From contig OX597830.1 of assembly GCA_951406725.2 (NCBI GenBank), forward strand, positions 33,418,001 through 33,482,000: a DNA stretch of 64,000 bases, written 5' to 3'. This document shows, in pieces, positions 39,425 to 52,324 of this stretch. The position numbers and the translations under genes were made by a program. Under the pieces are notes generated by a model. That model had not been told where the DNA came from, ran no database searches, and worked only from the letters and a program-made list of their open reading frames with translations. Source of the stretch: Octopus vulgaris. Taxonomy: Eukaryota. Numbering within the stretch: the stretch's first letter is position 1; the number at the start of each line of letters is the position of its first letter.

Positions 39425-39876
39425 TACATACATGTATTCATATATACATACATATATATATATGCACATAAATGCACACACACACACACACATACATATT
39501 CATGCATTAATTATATGGATATATATTTCATAATTAAAATGTAAATAATTCCATCATCTCCAGTGATGAGAGTGAGCAGTTAATGAATGGGAAAAGATCA
39601 GATTTAGAGTGATAATATATACAAAGATTTAATTATGATTAGCTCTGCGTAATGCTCTATGTATATGTTTGCATGTGTGTGTGTGAGAGCATGCATGTGC
39701 ATGTATTTATATTTTAAAAATTTAAATATTACATTTTACTTCAATTTTATTATTTTGATTCCATTATTTTTTTTTCTTTCATTTATATTTCTGAGATTTA
39801 ACAAAGCTAATCTTGCAAAGCTAATCTCGCAAATGAAGCCATCAGATTTATGAATGTATTATCGTTATTGTTGTTG

Positions 39877-39922
<46 letters not shown>

Positions 39923-42269
39923 TATTATTATTATTATTATTATTACTACTACTACTACTACTAAATTTTCTTAAGATAATTCTTCCCTCTCTTACTTTTT
40001 TTTTTAAGCTTCTTAAAACATCGCCAATTTACTTGATGTTTACACTGCTAATGATTTTCAACAGAGGTTTATTAAGTAACATCTCATTAAATTCAATTAC
40101 ATCTCATTTTCTTTATCATCTTATCTCGTCTTGCTCCATTTAGCCTTATCATTATTATTATTATTATATTTTTTTATGGAATTTATATTTTAATTTTTAA
40201 TTGATTTTTCTTAAAATAAATTCCCGTATGGGCTTTTTATTTTCATATTTATTGTATAGTATTTTTTAAAATTCTTATTTTATTTTAATTCTACATCACT
40301 TCTTTTGCTATGTTTGTTGTTTCTGGGAATTCTCCTACAAAATATAAAAATACTTAAAAAATCATATTCTAGCAGAAGTTTAGAAAAAAATAATTTATAT
40401 TTAAAAGAATTTATTATAAACGAATGAATATAAAAATTAAATATGAAATATATTTTTAAAATTTCTTTTCAAAAATAATTTTTTCTCTATTTGTTATTTA
40501 TTTATTCATTTTTATTTCGTTTTTGCTTTTTTGTTTCAATGGGTGGGAAACAGAGTTCCATGAAGATCTGTATTCTTTACTTGTTTAATGAATGAAGACA
40601 AAGGAATTTAAATTGGCATGGAATTTTCTAGCTAAAAACACAAAAAAACCTAAGTACAAATGAATTCTCATAATAACAAGCTGTTTCATTTTCCTTTAAA
40701 AAAACAAGATATTTTTCCTTTGGTGTTTATCATTTATTGCTATTATAGAAGAAATCATCATCATCATCATTATTATTATTATTATTATTATTATTACTAC
40801 CATGTGTGTTGTTATCATCATCATCATCTTCATCAACATAACCATTGTCGTTGCCATAACCATTAACTATTATTATCGTCATCAATGTTGCAATCGTCAT
40901 TAATATGATTATCTTCATTACAAACGTCATCTTTAGCCTCCTCTTCCTCCTCCTCCGCTCATCATCATCACCATCATCATCATTATCAGTGTTATTATTG
41001 TAGTTGTTTTCAAATTTTTTTGCTATTGTTGTTGCTTTCTTCTCTTGTTTGTTTTTGTTTTTAGCTATTTTTTTTTAATGTATTCATGTTACCCATGTGG
41101 CAAATACAGAAAGCTTTACTAGTATTATTGTTCTTCTCCTTCTTTTGATATTTAGTTAGGTTCCTTTATGTTCTGAGTTCAAATCCCACTAGAGACAGCT
41201 TTTCCTTTCATCCTTCCCACATCGATAAAATATTCAAGAACTGGGATTGATCTAATTGACTATGTCCCTCCTCCCACAAGATTTGTGATCCTCAGCCTAT
41301 GTTAGAAGTTATTATTGTTGCTATTGCTGTAGTCATTACCATTATCATCATCCTCATTATCATCAGCATCATCATCATCATCATCAACATCGTCATTAAT
41401 ATAACCATTACTATTATTATCCTTCCCATTGTTACAACGATTATCTTCATTATAAACGCCCTTGTTATCATTACCACCACCACCATCACCACCATCACCA
41501 TCATCATCATCAGTAGCAACAGCAGCATCAACATCATCATCATTACTGTTGTTGTCTCTTTGTTTTTTTGCTGTTATAGATGTTCTTTTGTTTTATTTTT
41601 TCCTTTTTAATAATAAGTTACCCATATGGCAAACAAACAAATCTTTGTTATTATAATTATTTTAGTATTTAGTTACCTCCCTTTATGACACGAGTTCAAA
41701 TCCCACGCAAGTCCGATTCTTCTTTTATCGTTGCGAGGTTGGCAAAGGATACACCATTTAAATACTGGCAGAATTGATATGAATATGAAGCTGTTGTTGC
41801 CGTTGTCATCATCAACATCACCATCATCATCACTATTATGATTCTTTACATGGAGGTTCAGGTATGGCTGTGCAATAAGAAGCTTGCTTTCCAGTCATAT
41901 GGTTCCAGGTTCAGTTTCACTGCATGGCACCTTGGACAAGTCTGCTCTGGCCAACCAAAGCCTTGAGAATGAATTTCGTACATAGAAACTGAAAGAGGTC
42001 ATTTGTATGTGTGTGTGTGTATATATATCTTTTCCTCTTTTACTCATTTCAGCCATGCGGGTGTGGTCATACTGGAGCACCAATGGAAAAAAATCCAGTG
42101 AAATCCATGAAAATAGAGCCAGTATATCCAGTGCTGATCTAGGTGGAGTGCTGGTACATAGATGAGGGGGGTGCAGAAAGTTCAGGGAGTAGTTAAGATG
42201 TGCAAATCCAAAGAGAAAGTTGGATAAAACTTGGATGATCGCCTGAACAAAACATATATATATATATAT

Positions 42270-42475
42270 AAAGTTAATCCAAACATGAAAGCACAAAAAA
42301 ACACAACAACGTGGGACAAATATAGTATTATTGGACGCTCAGGAAAGAAGGAAAGAAGGAGGGTTTAACGTTTCGAGCGGAGCTCTTCGTCGGAAACATA
42401 GGAGAAAGAAAGATCCAGCGAAGGGAAGACAGAGGAAAAAAAATCGCTAACGGTACACATGCGGTCACATTTTGA
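42270..42475 (-). mobile_element. TA-adjacent ~200-bp hammerhead element (CCGACGA core)
   Basis: Minus strand 42363-42397: GTTT CCGACGA A GAGC TCC GCTC GAAAC GTT AAAC; stems I and II are perfect and CpGs are intact. Confidence 0.7.
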
Positions 42476-42855
42476 ATAAGTAAATAAATGGTGTTGAATG
42501 CAAATGTTATTTAAATTCTTTTACTTTCGACATATGTTTCGAAGCCTTTGAACATTTTTTTCAACCAATATATCCCTCTTTATTTGTTGTCTACTTATTA
42601 TTTCTTTACCCCTTCTCTTTCTATGATCTGTCTTTGATGCCAGATCTACTAACAGTTTTTTTTAAAATACTTAATAGCGTTCGGTTTATCATTTATGCAG
42701 TCATCAAAATTGTTATAATGTCTTGTTGTTGAGATGGGTTCTCTTATTTTACACCGTTTATTCCTTTGGAATAAAACCAATGTTGTCTTCAAAACATATG
42801 TCAAAAGTAAATGAATTTGAATAACATCTGCGTTCAACTCCATTTATTTACTTAT
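42476..42855. repeat. 380-bp element with 69-bp terminal inverted repeats
   Basis: 42476-42544 versus the reverse complement of 42787-42855: 62 of 69 identical by manual alignment; each arm contains (G/A)AAACATATGTC. Confidence 0.85.
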
Positions 42856-43649
42856 ACTATACAAATTTCTGCACATTAACCCGGAGTTTCTACCTTTGAA
42901 TAGGTCGCTGCATCCTTGTTACTTGCGTGAATTTTGCTACCCTGGTAACTGTTTATTGAATTTTCCGTGTTAACTGTAAACAAAGGATAATTCATTCATC
43001 CATTTACATTTATATATATATATAATCTCTAAGTTTGTTTACGGGAAACATTTTTGAGTAATCACATAAAAACTCATATTTTATTATGTCGGATACTGTC
43101 TAACTTGAAAGAGCCAGTATAACATAGGATAAATATAGTATTAATAATAATCCTTTAATGAATTTCATATACCATATATGCCAGTGTATAATATGAGTCG
43201 ACCCCCAGGATTTCCATTTAAAAAATGAATTTTGATCAATACTTGCTGTATAAGTCTACCCTAATGTGTTCACAGTAAATAGCTTGAGCACCGAAGGTGT
43301 GAGGGTCATAGCTAAAAGGCAAGCTGTAGCTTCCCCAGCAGCCCCTGAAACCTCTGCTTTTCTTGTGTTTCAATACCATTTTGATTATGTTTCAATCCCT
43401 AAATTTTGTATGCAATAATTCTGCAGTCTTGGTTGTTTAAAATTTATCCAGTTCTTTTCAAAAAGTGGCCAAATATTGTGAATTACCTACTATAAAACAC
43501 ATCAAATGTACCTGGCTGGTGTAAACACTGTCATAGTGATATCATTTAGGCATCGCCTATTTTACAGGAACTAACATTATTTCAAGTATACCATAATAAC
43601 TCCATTTACTTGAAATGGATTTACAGATTTACTTCTGGCATACTCGTTT

Positions 43650-44048
43650 ACTCTTTTACTTGTTTCAGTCATTTGACTGCGGCCATGCTGGAGCACTTCC
43701 TTTAGTCGAGCAAACTGACCCCAGGACTTATTCTTTGTAAGCCTAGTACTTTTCTCTATCAGTCTCTTTTGCCGAACCTCTAAGTTACGGGGATGTAAAG
43801 CGATGTTGGGGGGACAAACACAGACACACAAACATACACACACATATACACACATATATACACATACACATATACATATATACGACGGGCTTCTTTCAGT
43901 TTCCGTCTAGCAAATCCACTCACAAGGCTTTGGTCGGCCCGAGGTTATAGTAGAAGACACTTGCCCAAGGTGCCACGCAGTGGGACTGAAACCAGAACTA
44001 TGTCGTTGGTAAGCAAGCTACTTACCACACAGCCATTATTGCACCTAT
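43650..44048 (-). mobile_element. SINE family B
   Basis: Near full-length reverse complement of 60123-60538. Confidence 0.88.
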
Positions 44049-44649
44049 GTATAAAATTATGTTGTAATATATTAGAAATGTTGTTATAAAGTATACTGAT
44101 AGTATTGTCTTTAATTTGTTTATTTTGTCTTGCTTCATGAGACTATTGGTCTTGAAACAATGTATTATCCATTTTGATGCTGTTCATGGACTATGTCTGC
44201 TACATGCTTCTCTAGAATCTGCTAGTGTGAAGTACCTCCCCTCATTGCACATTTTGTCTTGGGTACACTCCTCAATAAGTCTTCCTTTAATCTCCAAATT
44301 CTTTCCATCTTCTTAGTTACACTGTATTCTCTTGCTGGCAGCTGCACAGTTGTTGTGAGACTTGGTGTATCCTACCACTTCCAGCATAAAACTAACTTGA
44401 TATTTCCTTAGTTTATTACTTGCAGCTATGAGGAGGTTTTACAGTTGCTGGAAATAAATGTTCACCCAGTGAGAGTACTGTTGTTTATGAAAGAGTGACA
44501 GCTTAGGTGTAGGAGTGGTTGTGTGGTAAAGTAGCTTGCTTAGAACCAATGATCAAAGACATTCCAACTGCTATCATCCCATCCTTTTCTCAGACACAGT
44601 ACACCAACGAATACATTACTCAATGTGTCATTCTTTTAAGAATGTTGGA

Positions 44650-45030
44650 TCATCATCGTCATCATCATTATCTTCATCATCGTTTAACGTCCATTTTCCA
44701 TGCTTGCATGGGTTGGTTGGTTTGACAGGATCTGGTAAGTTGAAGGGTTGGACTGGGCCCTAGTCATCTGTTTTAGCATGGTTTCTATGACTGGATGCCC
44801 TTCCTAATGCCAATCACTTTACAGAGTGTACAGGGAGCTTTTTACATGTCACCAGCATCGATGCTGTTCACATGGTGTCAGCATGGGTGCTTTTCATGTG
44901 GCCCTGGTATGGCTACTTTTTTTTTCATGTGGCACTAGCACATGTGTTTTTATGTGGTGCTGGCATGGGGGCTTCTTACTTAGTGTCAGCATGAGGGTTT
45001 TTTAATGCTTTTTACATAGCACCAGTACCC
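44650..45030 (-). mobile_element. Diverged family C retroposon
   Basis: (CAT)n, CGTTTAACGTCCATTTTCCATGCTTGCATGGG, CTGGATGCCCTTCCTAATGCCAA and degenerate tandem units. Confidence 0.7.
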
Positions 45031-45594
45031 GCAGGGTTGCTTAATGGCTTGCAAGATAAGGACATCTCAAATGTGAGAGGGAGAGGAACTAAAATAATTC
45101 AAGAAAGATTTGGTCAGATACACCAGAACCATTAGAGAACTGGACTAGATGTCTTCTAGTATTTAGTTACACCCCTTTACATTCTAAGTTCAAACCATGC
45201 CAAAGTTGACATTGTGGGCCAATTAAAATCTTGGGTTTGTTTCATTTGACTATGCTCCTCTCATAAAATGCATGAACTTGTCAGGATCTTATATTAGAAA
45301 TTATCATTGTTTCACTCAGAAACGCAAACAATTTAATGGGTAAGGGTTTAGGGCAGTATTAAGGGCATGTAGCAGTTAAAACTAATGATCTAAAAAATAA
45401 ACCATCTAATCTAGAGCAGATCTGTGATAAAAAGACATTGCAGGCGTTACTATCCATCCTTTGTATATATCTAGGGTTTGAGTATTCAGAATGTGATATG
45501 CAAATTCCTAAAGATATATAAGGAAATTTAGGGTTACATGAGGTTTCTTAAAACACTGGCAGTCTGAAGTATTCACAACAAACTAAGCAGAGAG

Positions 45595-46048
45595 TGGCTG
45601 TGGCCATGCTGGAGCACCGCCTTTACTCAAGCAAATCGACCCCAGGACTTATTCATTGTAAGCCTAGTACGTATTCTATCAGTCTCTTTTCCCGAACTGT
45701 TTTTCACATGAGACTTCCTAACAGTGCTGGAGATGATGAAAGAGTTTGCCAAAGGAAAAATTTCACAACTCTTGATTGAGGTCAACATTGCCTAATGTGA
45801 CCTTTTTATCTATTTATTTATGTATATACGTTTGTGTGTCTGTGTTTGCCCCCACCAACATCGCTTGACAACCGATGCTGGTGTTATTACATCCCCGTAA
45901 CTTAGCGGTTCAGCAAAAGAGACTGATAGAATAAGTACTAGGCTTACAAAGAATAAGTGCTGGGAGCGATTTGCTCGACTAAAGGCGGTGCTCCAGCATG
46001 GCCACTGTCACATGACTGAAACAAGTAAAAGAGTAAAGAGTAAAGAGT
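45595..46048. mobile_element. Two inverted 3' fragments of SINE family B
   Basis: Minus-strand fragment at 45595-45700 and plus-strand fragment at 45820-46048. Confidence 0.75.
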
Positions 46049-46192
46049 TCACATCAGGCAAATTGCAAAGCAAATACATAAACGTAAATTTTATTGAATT
46101 CTTCATTATTTTCACAATTAATTAAAATAAGAGCAGTTTGTCTCAACAGGAATATTGTAAAGAAAACGATTAAATCAATCAGATACTTTCTC

Positions 46193-47000
46193 TTAACCAT
46201 TCAGCATTCAGGTTACTCTGTTCAATTTTATGCTTATTTATTCATATTGTTTTGAATTATGATAATAATGATAATAATCCTTTCTACAATAGGTACAAGG
46301 CCTGAAATTTTGGTGGGAGGAGACCAGTCGATTATATTGATCCCAGTGTTTTGCTGGTACTTAATTTATCGACCCCGAAAGGATGAAAGGCAAAGTCGAC
46401 CCCAGTGAGATTTGAACTCAGAACGTAAAGACAGGCGAAACCGCTTAAGCATTTTGCTCAGCATGCTAAGGATTCTGTCAGCACACCATCTTCTTTTGAA
46501 CTCAGAACGTAAAGACAGGTGAAATACTGCTTAAGCATTGTGCCCAGCGTGCTAACGATTCTGCTAATAATGATAACGAATTTATTGTATACAATGCTCA
46601 GGTGCATGACAACTCAACAGAAAATAGCCAAAAGTGCACAAACTGTACATAGAACAATACACAGGACATGAGTCATTTAAGAAAACATGTGTACTGTTGG
46701 GGAATTTCAGGAAGCCTGGAAGTTTTGAAGAATGTAATGACCCAACTGCTAACAACTGATGCAGCTAGTTTATTCCATGCTTTAGCAATTCTGAGCATAG
46801 AAAAATGTTTTCAAGGCTGTGGGGGCTGTGTTGATTTTTAATTTCTCATTATCTCATAACTTCAAGATTTCAATAATGTGATTGCTTATTTTTAGAATAA
46901 CATTGTAGGGCAGGTGTAAGAGGCCAAATCCAGTTGATTTGAGTATAAAACAGGTAGAATATTTGGGCCAGATATTGTCAGTTTAAATGCTAATGGGTTG
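46193..47000. mobile_element. piggyBac-like MITE with nested SINE A (46277-46565) and a CR1 3' fragment (46578-46845)
   Basis: TTAA|CCATTCAGCATTCA ... TAAATGCTAATGG|GTTG termini. The nested minus-strand relic reads HFS.LRIAKAWNKLAASVVSS...FFKTS, like a CR1 ORF2 C-terminus. Confidence 0.55.
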
Positions 47001-47153
47001 CCATATTGTTTCAGTATAAGGAACCACATTATATACGTGCATGTTAGTGGTTGAAAGAGTTCATAATTTATTGGCTGGAATATCTTAGTGTATTTGGTGA
47101 TGTGTCTTTATATTGTGGGTTCAAATACCATCAGTATCTATTCTATCTTTCAG

Positions 47154-47223
47154 CCTTGCAAACTGCAATGGAATATGCACCAGTCAGGAAGAGGGATTGA
47201 TATTATCGCCCTTATGCATGAAG
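47154..47223 (+). CDS. Candidate 70-nt exon, product unknown
   Basis: Acceptor TCTATTCTATCTTTCAG| and consensus donor AAG|GTAAGT; two open frames, no recognisable homology, and opposite strand to the other candidates. Confidence 0.2.
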
Positions 47224-47480
47224 GTAAGTGTTCCTGCATGGCCAAAGACTTAGTAACTAAAGATAGTGATGGAAAAAAAGGGGCACAATTTGATAAGGAG
47301 GAGGCAGCAGAAAGAAAAGGATGAATATATATTGTACCCAGATCAAATACTACCTCTAAATTTTTGATTTTCGCAATGTCTTGCAAAGCTTTCTGTGTGA
47401 ATACAGGAAATATAATTCTCACATGACACAAACACATGACATGGTTAGAGTTTATCAACACAGAAATTATTGTAAATGAA

Positions 47481-47537
47481 CATCATCAACATCGTCATCA
47501 TCCTCGTCATCATCGTCATCGTCATCACCATCATCAC

Positions 47538-47581
<44 letters not shown>

Positions 47582-47742
47582 CCACCACCACCACCACCAC
47601 CACCACCACCACCACCACCACCACCATCATCATCATCACCACCACCACCACCACCACCATCATCATCGTCGTCGTCGTCATCGTCGTCATCATCATCATC
47701 ATCATCATCATCATCACCACCACCACCACCACCACCACCACC

Positions 47743-47776
<34 letters not shown>

Positions 47777-47824
47777 TCACCACCACCACCACCACCACCA
47801 TCATCATCATCGTCGTCGTCATCG

Positions 47825-47855
<31 letters not shown>

Positions 47856-47905
47856 CACCACCACCACCACCACCACCACCATCATTATCATCATCATCAA
47901 CATCA
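47481..47905. repeat. Compound (CAT)n/(CAC)n/(CGT)n microsatellite
   Basis: Blocks of triplet variants directly visible. Confidence 0.95.
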
Positions 47906-48411
47906 AGAACAGCAGCAACATTGTTATTGTCATCACCATTGTTGGAAACTTCAACATTACATATTCTCTCTTCTGTCTATTCTCAAGGTTCTGCCAAGAG
48001 AAAAAGGGGGAAAAAAAAAGGGGGATAATAAAAATGAAAACAAATATTTCCAAGAGAGAATGAGAGGGAAAAAATTAAAAACGAAAGAAAGAAAGAAAGA
48101 AAGAAAGAAAGAACGAAAAGACGTGTATCAGTTATAATTCATCTAATAAAGAATTCCTATTTCTTCCTCTCACTGTTACTGCAAAAATTAAAATAGATAA
48201 ATACATAATAACAACAACAACAACAACAACAACGACACCAACTACGCTGACAACGACGACGACGACGACGATGATGTTGATGAAGATGGTGATGCCAACA
48301 ACAATGACAATATTAAGAAAACTAGCAGAAGAAGCCCCTTGACGAACAAGAAAAAAATTATCAAAGATGAAACATGTATCTCTAGCTCTATACATCTACA
48401 TATGCATATAT

Positions 48412-48455
<44 letters not shown>

Positions 48456-49119
48456 GCTTGAGTGTATGCGAGTGTTAGTGGGCATATGTGCACATATATA
48501 TGTATAAATATATATATATGTATATATACATATACATATATATATATGTATATATACACACACACACACATATATATATTTATATATATATATATATATT
48601 TACATATATATGCACGTATGTAAGTATGTATGCATATATACATTTTCCTGCGAGCAGATCACAAACTGATAAATTTAATTAAGCTAGTCGAAAAATTTTT
48701 CAACTTCATCTGCTGGGCACTTTCGTGAGTGGAGAACAGGGAAGAAAAAAAAAAAAGAAAAAAATTAAGAATCTTGGAAGCTAGGAAAGCAGAAATAAAA
48801 GAAAATAAAAATAAAAATAATTATAGAAATGTTGATGGTGGTTTGGGGGTGAGATGGGGTGGGGGTAGGTAAGGTTGATGATGATGTTCAGGGTGATGAT
48901 AATGATGATCATGATGAGTCGGTGATGTTGATGGAGGTTTATGATGATGTAGATGAAATCTAGTGGTGTGTGTATGTGTGTGTGTGTGTGTGGTATTGTG
49001 TGTGTGTATGTGTGCGTGTGTGTGTATACAGGTCTCTAGATGTCATATTTATATCCACTTGCACATTAGTGTATCTTTCCTCTACACACGCATACACACA
49101 AACATATATTATATACATA

Positions 49120-49171
<52 letters not shown>

Positions 49172-49306
49172 TATATTTGCATATATGTATATTCATATGT
49201 GTATATATATATTTATGTATATGTATATATATATATCTATCTACATATGTATTTGTGTGTGTGTCTGTGCATGTGTGTATAGATATATCCATACATACAT
49301 ATATAC

Positions 49307-49363
<57 letters not shown>

Positions 49364-49463
49364 GTGTATATATACATATATATATATATATGTGTGTGTG
49401 TATATACATATATATGCACATAATACATACACACACATATATATGTATATATATATGTGGATA

Positions 49464-49555
<92 letters not shown>

Positions 49556-49645
49556 GACAGGGCGAGAGAGAGAGGGAAAGAAATATAGATATATATTACG
49601 TTCGTATATAGACAGTGATATATATATGAGTGTATGTATGTGTGA

Positions 49646-49677
<32 letters not shown>

Positions 49678-49740
49678 TCTCTTTACTCTTTACTCTTATA
49701 TATATATATATATATATATATATACTCTCTTTACTCTTTA

Positions 49741-49795
<55 letters not shown>

Positions 49796-50514
49796 GTATG
49801 TATGTATATATACAGATACATAAGTACATACATACATATATCATCATGTGTGTGTATGCGTAAGTTTTCATTATACGGTTGGGAAGAAAAGTATTCAATA
49901 CATGCTGCTGCACAGATATTTATTTGCCCCAAACTGATGGTTCGTGATTCACTCCAGTGTTACTCCTGCTTGCTCGTTTTGTTGTTTTCTCTGTTCATTC
50001 AAGTTACAAATATGTATACACATTTATATACACTTGCTTGCATATTCACACGTACACATAACAGCATACCTTTGTATATATATATATAAATATATATGCA
50101 TATGTGTGTGTGTTTGTATATACATATATATATACATACATCTATGAATATATATATATATATATACAAACGTACACACACATATATATATATATGTATA
50201 TGCACACATACACCCAAACCTGTATATATATATGCATTTATATATGTGTATATATATATATATATATGTATGTATATATACATATATATATATACACGCA
50301 TACACCCAAACATGTATATATATATATATGCATGTATGTATGTATATATATATATGTGTGTGTGTGTATGTGTGTGTGTATTTATGTATGTGTGTATGCA
50401 TATACGTAGATATGTATATATGAATGTATGTATATATGCATGTATGTATGTATATATATATGTGTGTGTGTATGTATGTATGTATGTGTGTATGCATATA
50501 TGTATATATATGTG

Positions 50515-50545
<31 letters not shown>

Positions 50546-50612
50546 GCATGTATGTTTTTATATATGTATAAGAACTTATTGTTTAAAGTTCACTGCGAAT
50601 CCTTGGAAAAGT

Positions 50613-50728
50613 TTAAAAGAGGGAACGGAAAACAAGCATGGAAATCGAGTAAAGAGAGGCAGCAATGAAAGCCCAGTACACAGAATAAGAGACAAAGTCA
50701 AAAAGTTGAACATCAAAAGCATCATATA
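50613..50728 (-). CDS. Candidate terminal coding exon encoding a C-terminal hydrophobic/transmembrane segment
   Basis: Branch-like GACTAAT and acceptor TGTTGACTTTCCAG|; the phase-1 frame gives xYDAFDVQLFDFVSYSVYWAFIAASLYSISMLVFRSLF-stop with strong third-position pyrimidine bias; unique sequence followed by UTR-like microsatellites. Confidence 0.45.
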
Positions 50729-50884
50729 CTGGAAAGTCAACACAGGTGCTTCAAGATTAGTCATTTGTTAAAGCTATTTCTTCAGATTATCTATAGATAT
50801 TACAACCAGCACTGATTGCGCTAAGTTTCAGATCTGAGTATGCCCAAAGTAAACAACAATGAGATCGAAGATGAAAAATGGATA

Positions 50885-50936
50885 ATAGGTGTATATGCCA
50901 TACTTCAGGAGTCTTTGCTCCTTCATTAGAACCCAT
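50885..50936 (-). ncRNA. Type I hammerhead ribozyme relic A
   Basis: ATGGGTT CTAATGA AGGAG CAAAGA CTCCT GAAG TATGGCATAT A CACCTAT. Confidence 0.7.
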
Positions 50937-50950
50937 CTAACTCATTAACC

Positions 50951-51177
50951 TATTTCTTTACTAACCACAAGGGGCTATACACAGAGGGGACAAACAAGGA
51001 CAGACACACGGATTAAGTCGATTATATCGACCCCAATGTGTAACTGGTACTTAATTTATCGACCCCGAAAGGATGAAAGGCAAAGTCGACCTCGGTGGAA
51101 TTTGAACTCAGAACGCACCGGCGGTGGAAATACCACAAAGCATTTCGCCCGGCGTGCTAACGATTCTGCCAGCTCGA
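50951..51177 (-). mobile_element. SINE family A inserted in the retrozyme-like repeat
   Basis: Near-identical to 21833-22060. Confidence 0.9.
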
Positions 51178-51497
51178 GTTTATTGCTTAAATAGCCACTA
51201 AATACAGTGGTGTAACATCATTGAGTATACCAATTTTACATATTAAATACATTCCTGGAAGCTGGTAAGTAAATATTAATGACTATAGGCACACAGCATC
51301 TTGTTATGCAACCATAATATGCTACAAAGTATATTCAACGTTTTTACTGTGTTAGCAGTGCACTTAAATCATGTATTATGGTCATCTCTATAGATTTTCT
51401 TAGGAAATTATTGCCAGCGCAGGTTTTGTTACAACGTTCGAGATCCAAGTACTGCCGTATATAAGCAAGAACGAGATTGATAAATAAGAAATGAGTA

Positions 51498-51546
51498 AGG
51501 GGTATATATGCCATATTTCAGTTTTTGCTCCTTCATCAACACCTAT
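51498..51546 (-). ncRNA. Type I hammerhead ribozyme relic B
   Basis: ATAGGTG TTGATGA AGGAG CAAAAA CT(3-nt deletion) GAAA TATGGCATAT A TACCCCT. Confidence 0.7.
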
Positions 51547-51825
51547 CCAGCCCTTTAACCATCCATGAAATCATTGATTAAATAGACACTAAATACAGTG
51601 GTGTAACATTATGGGATATAACAATTTTACATATTAAAAGCACTCCTAGCAGCTTGTATGTAAATATTGATGAATTGTAGGAGGAACATCATATTTCATT
51701 ATTTGGGGATAACGAAATATGGTTTCCCTAAATTGTCAACAAGACTAGTGTCAGCAAATTTCAAGAAGCTTGGAATTTTTTAAGAAAATAGCGTCAAGAT
51801 TACTACCAACTGATGCATGTAGTTC

Positions 51826-51880
51826 ATCCTTTGCTTTCACATTTTATCCTTTGCTTTCACATTTTATCCTTTGCTTTCAC
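51826..51880. repeat. 20-bp minisatellite, about 2.75 copies
   Basis: ATCCTTTGCTTTCACATTTT repeated. Confidence 0.9.
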
Positions 51881-52095
51881 TGAATATGAAAAGATGTTTC
51901 TTAATGTTGCTGTCACTGCACTGCTTTTTGATTTTACGAACTTTTCAATGAGTAGTTGATGTACTGCATTAAAAAAAAGGGGCTAAAGTTGTTGGAAAGG
52001 CTCCTACTAGTACATTTGTTAGACTTCAGGACAGGAAGTTGGGTCTCAGTGAAACAATATATTCAAGATATATTTAAGATATATTTAAGATTTTA

Positions 52096-52313
52096 AGGCA
52101 GCGAGCTGGCAGAAACGTTAGCACGCCGGGTGAAATGCGTAGCCGTATTTCGTCTGCCGTTACGTTCTGAGTTCAAATTCCGCCGAGGTCGACTTTGCCT
52201 TTCATCCTTTCGGGGTCGATTAAATTAAGTACCAGTTACGCACTGGGGTCGATGTAATCGACTTAATCCGTTTGTCTGTCCTTGTTTAGCCCCTTGTGGG
52301 TAGTAAAGAAATA
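52096..52313 (+). mobile_element. Young SINE family A
   Basis: GGCAGCGAGCTGGCAGAAACGTTAGCACGCC...; ATATTTAAGAT occurs on both flanks. Confidence 0.9.
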
Positions 52314-52324
52314 AATATATTTAA

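Larger units (their letters stand above)
50806..51682 (-). mobile_element. Tandem ~390-nt repeat delimited by type I hammerheads (non-LTR retrozyme-like), interrupted by SINE A
   Basis: Shared blocks such as CACTAAATACAGTGGTGTAACAT and CAATTTTACATATTAAA near 51196-51247 and 51587-51638; HHR motifs at 50885-50936 and 51498-51546. Confidence 0.75.
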
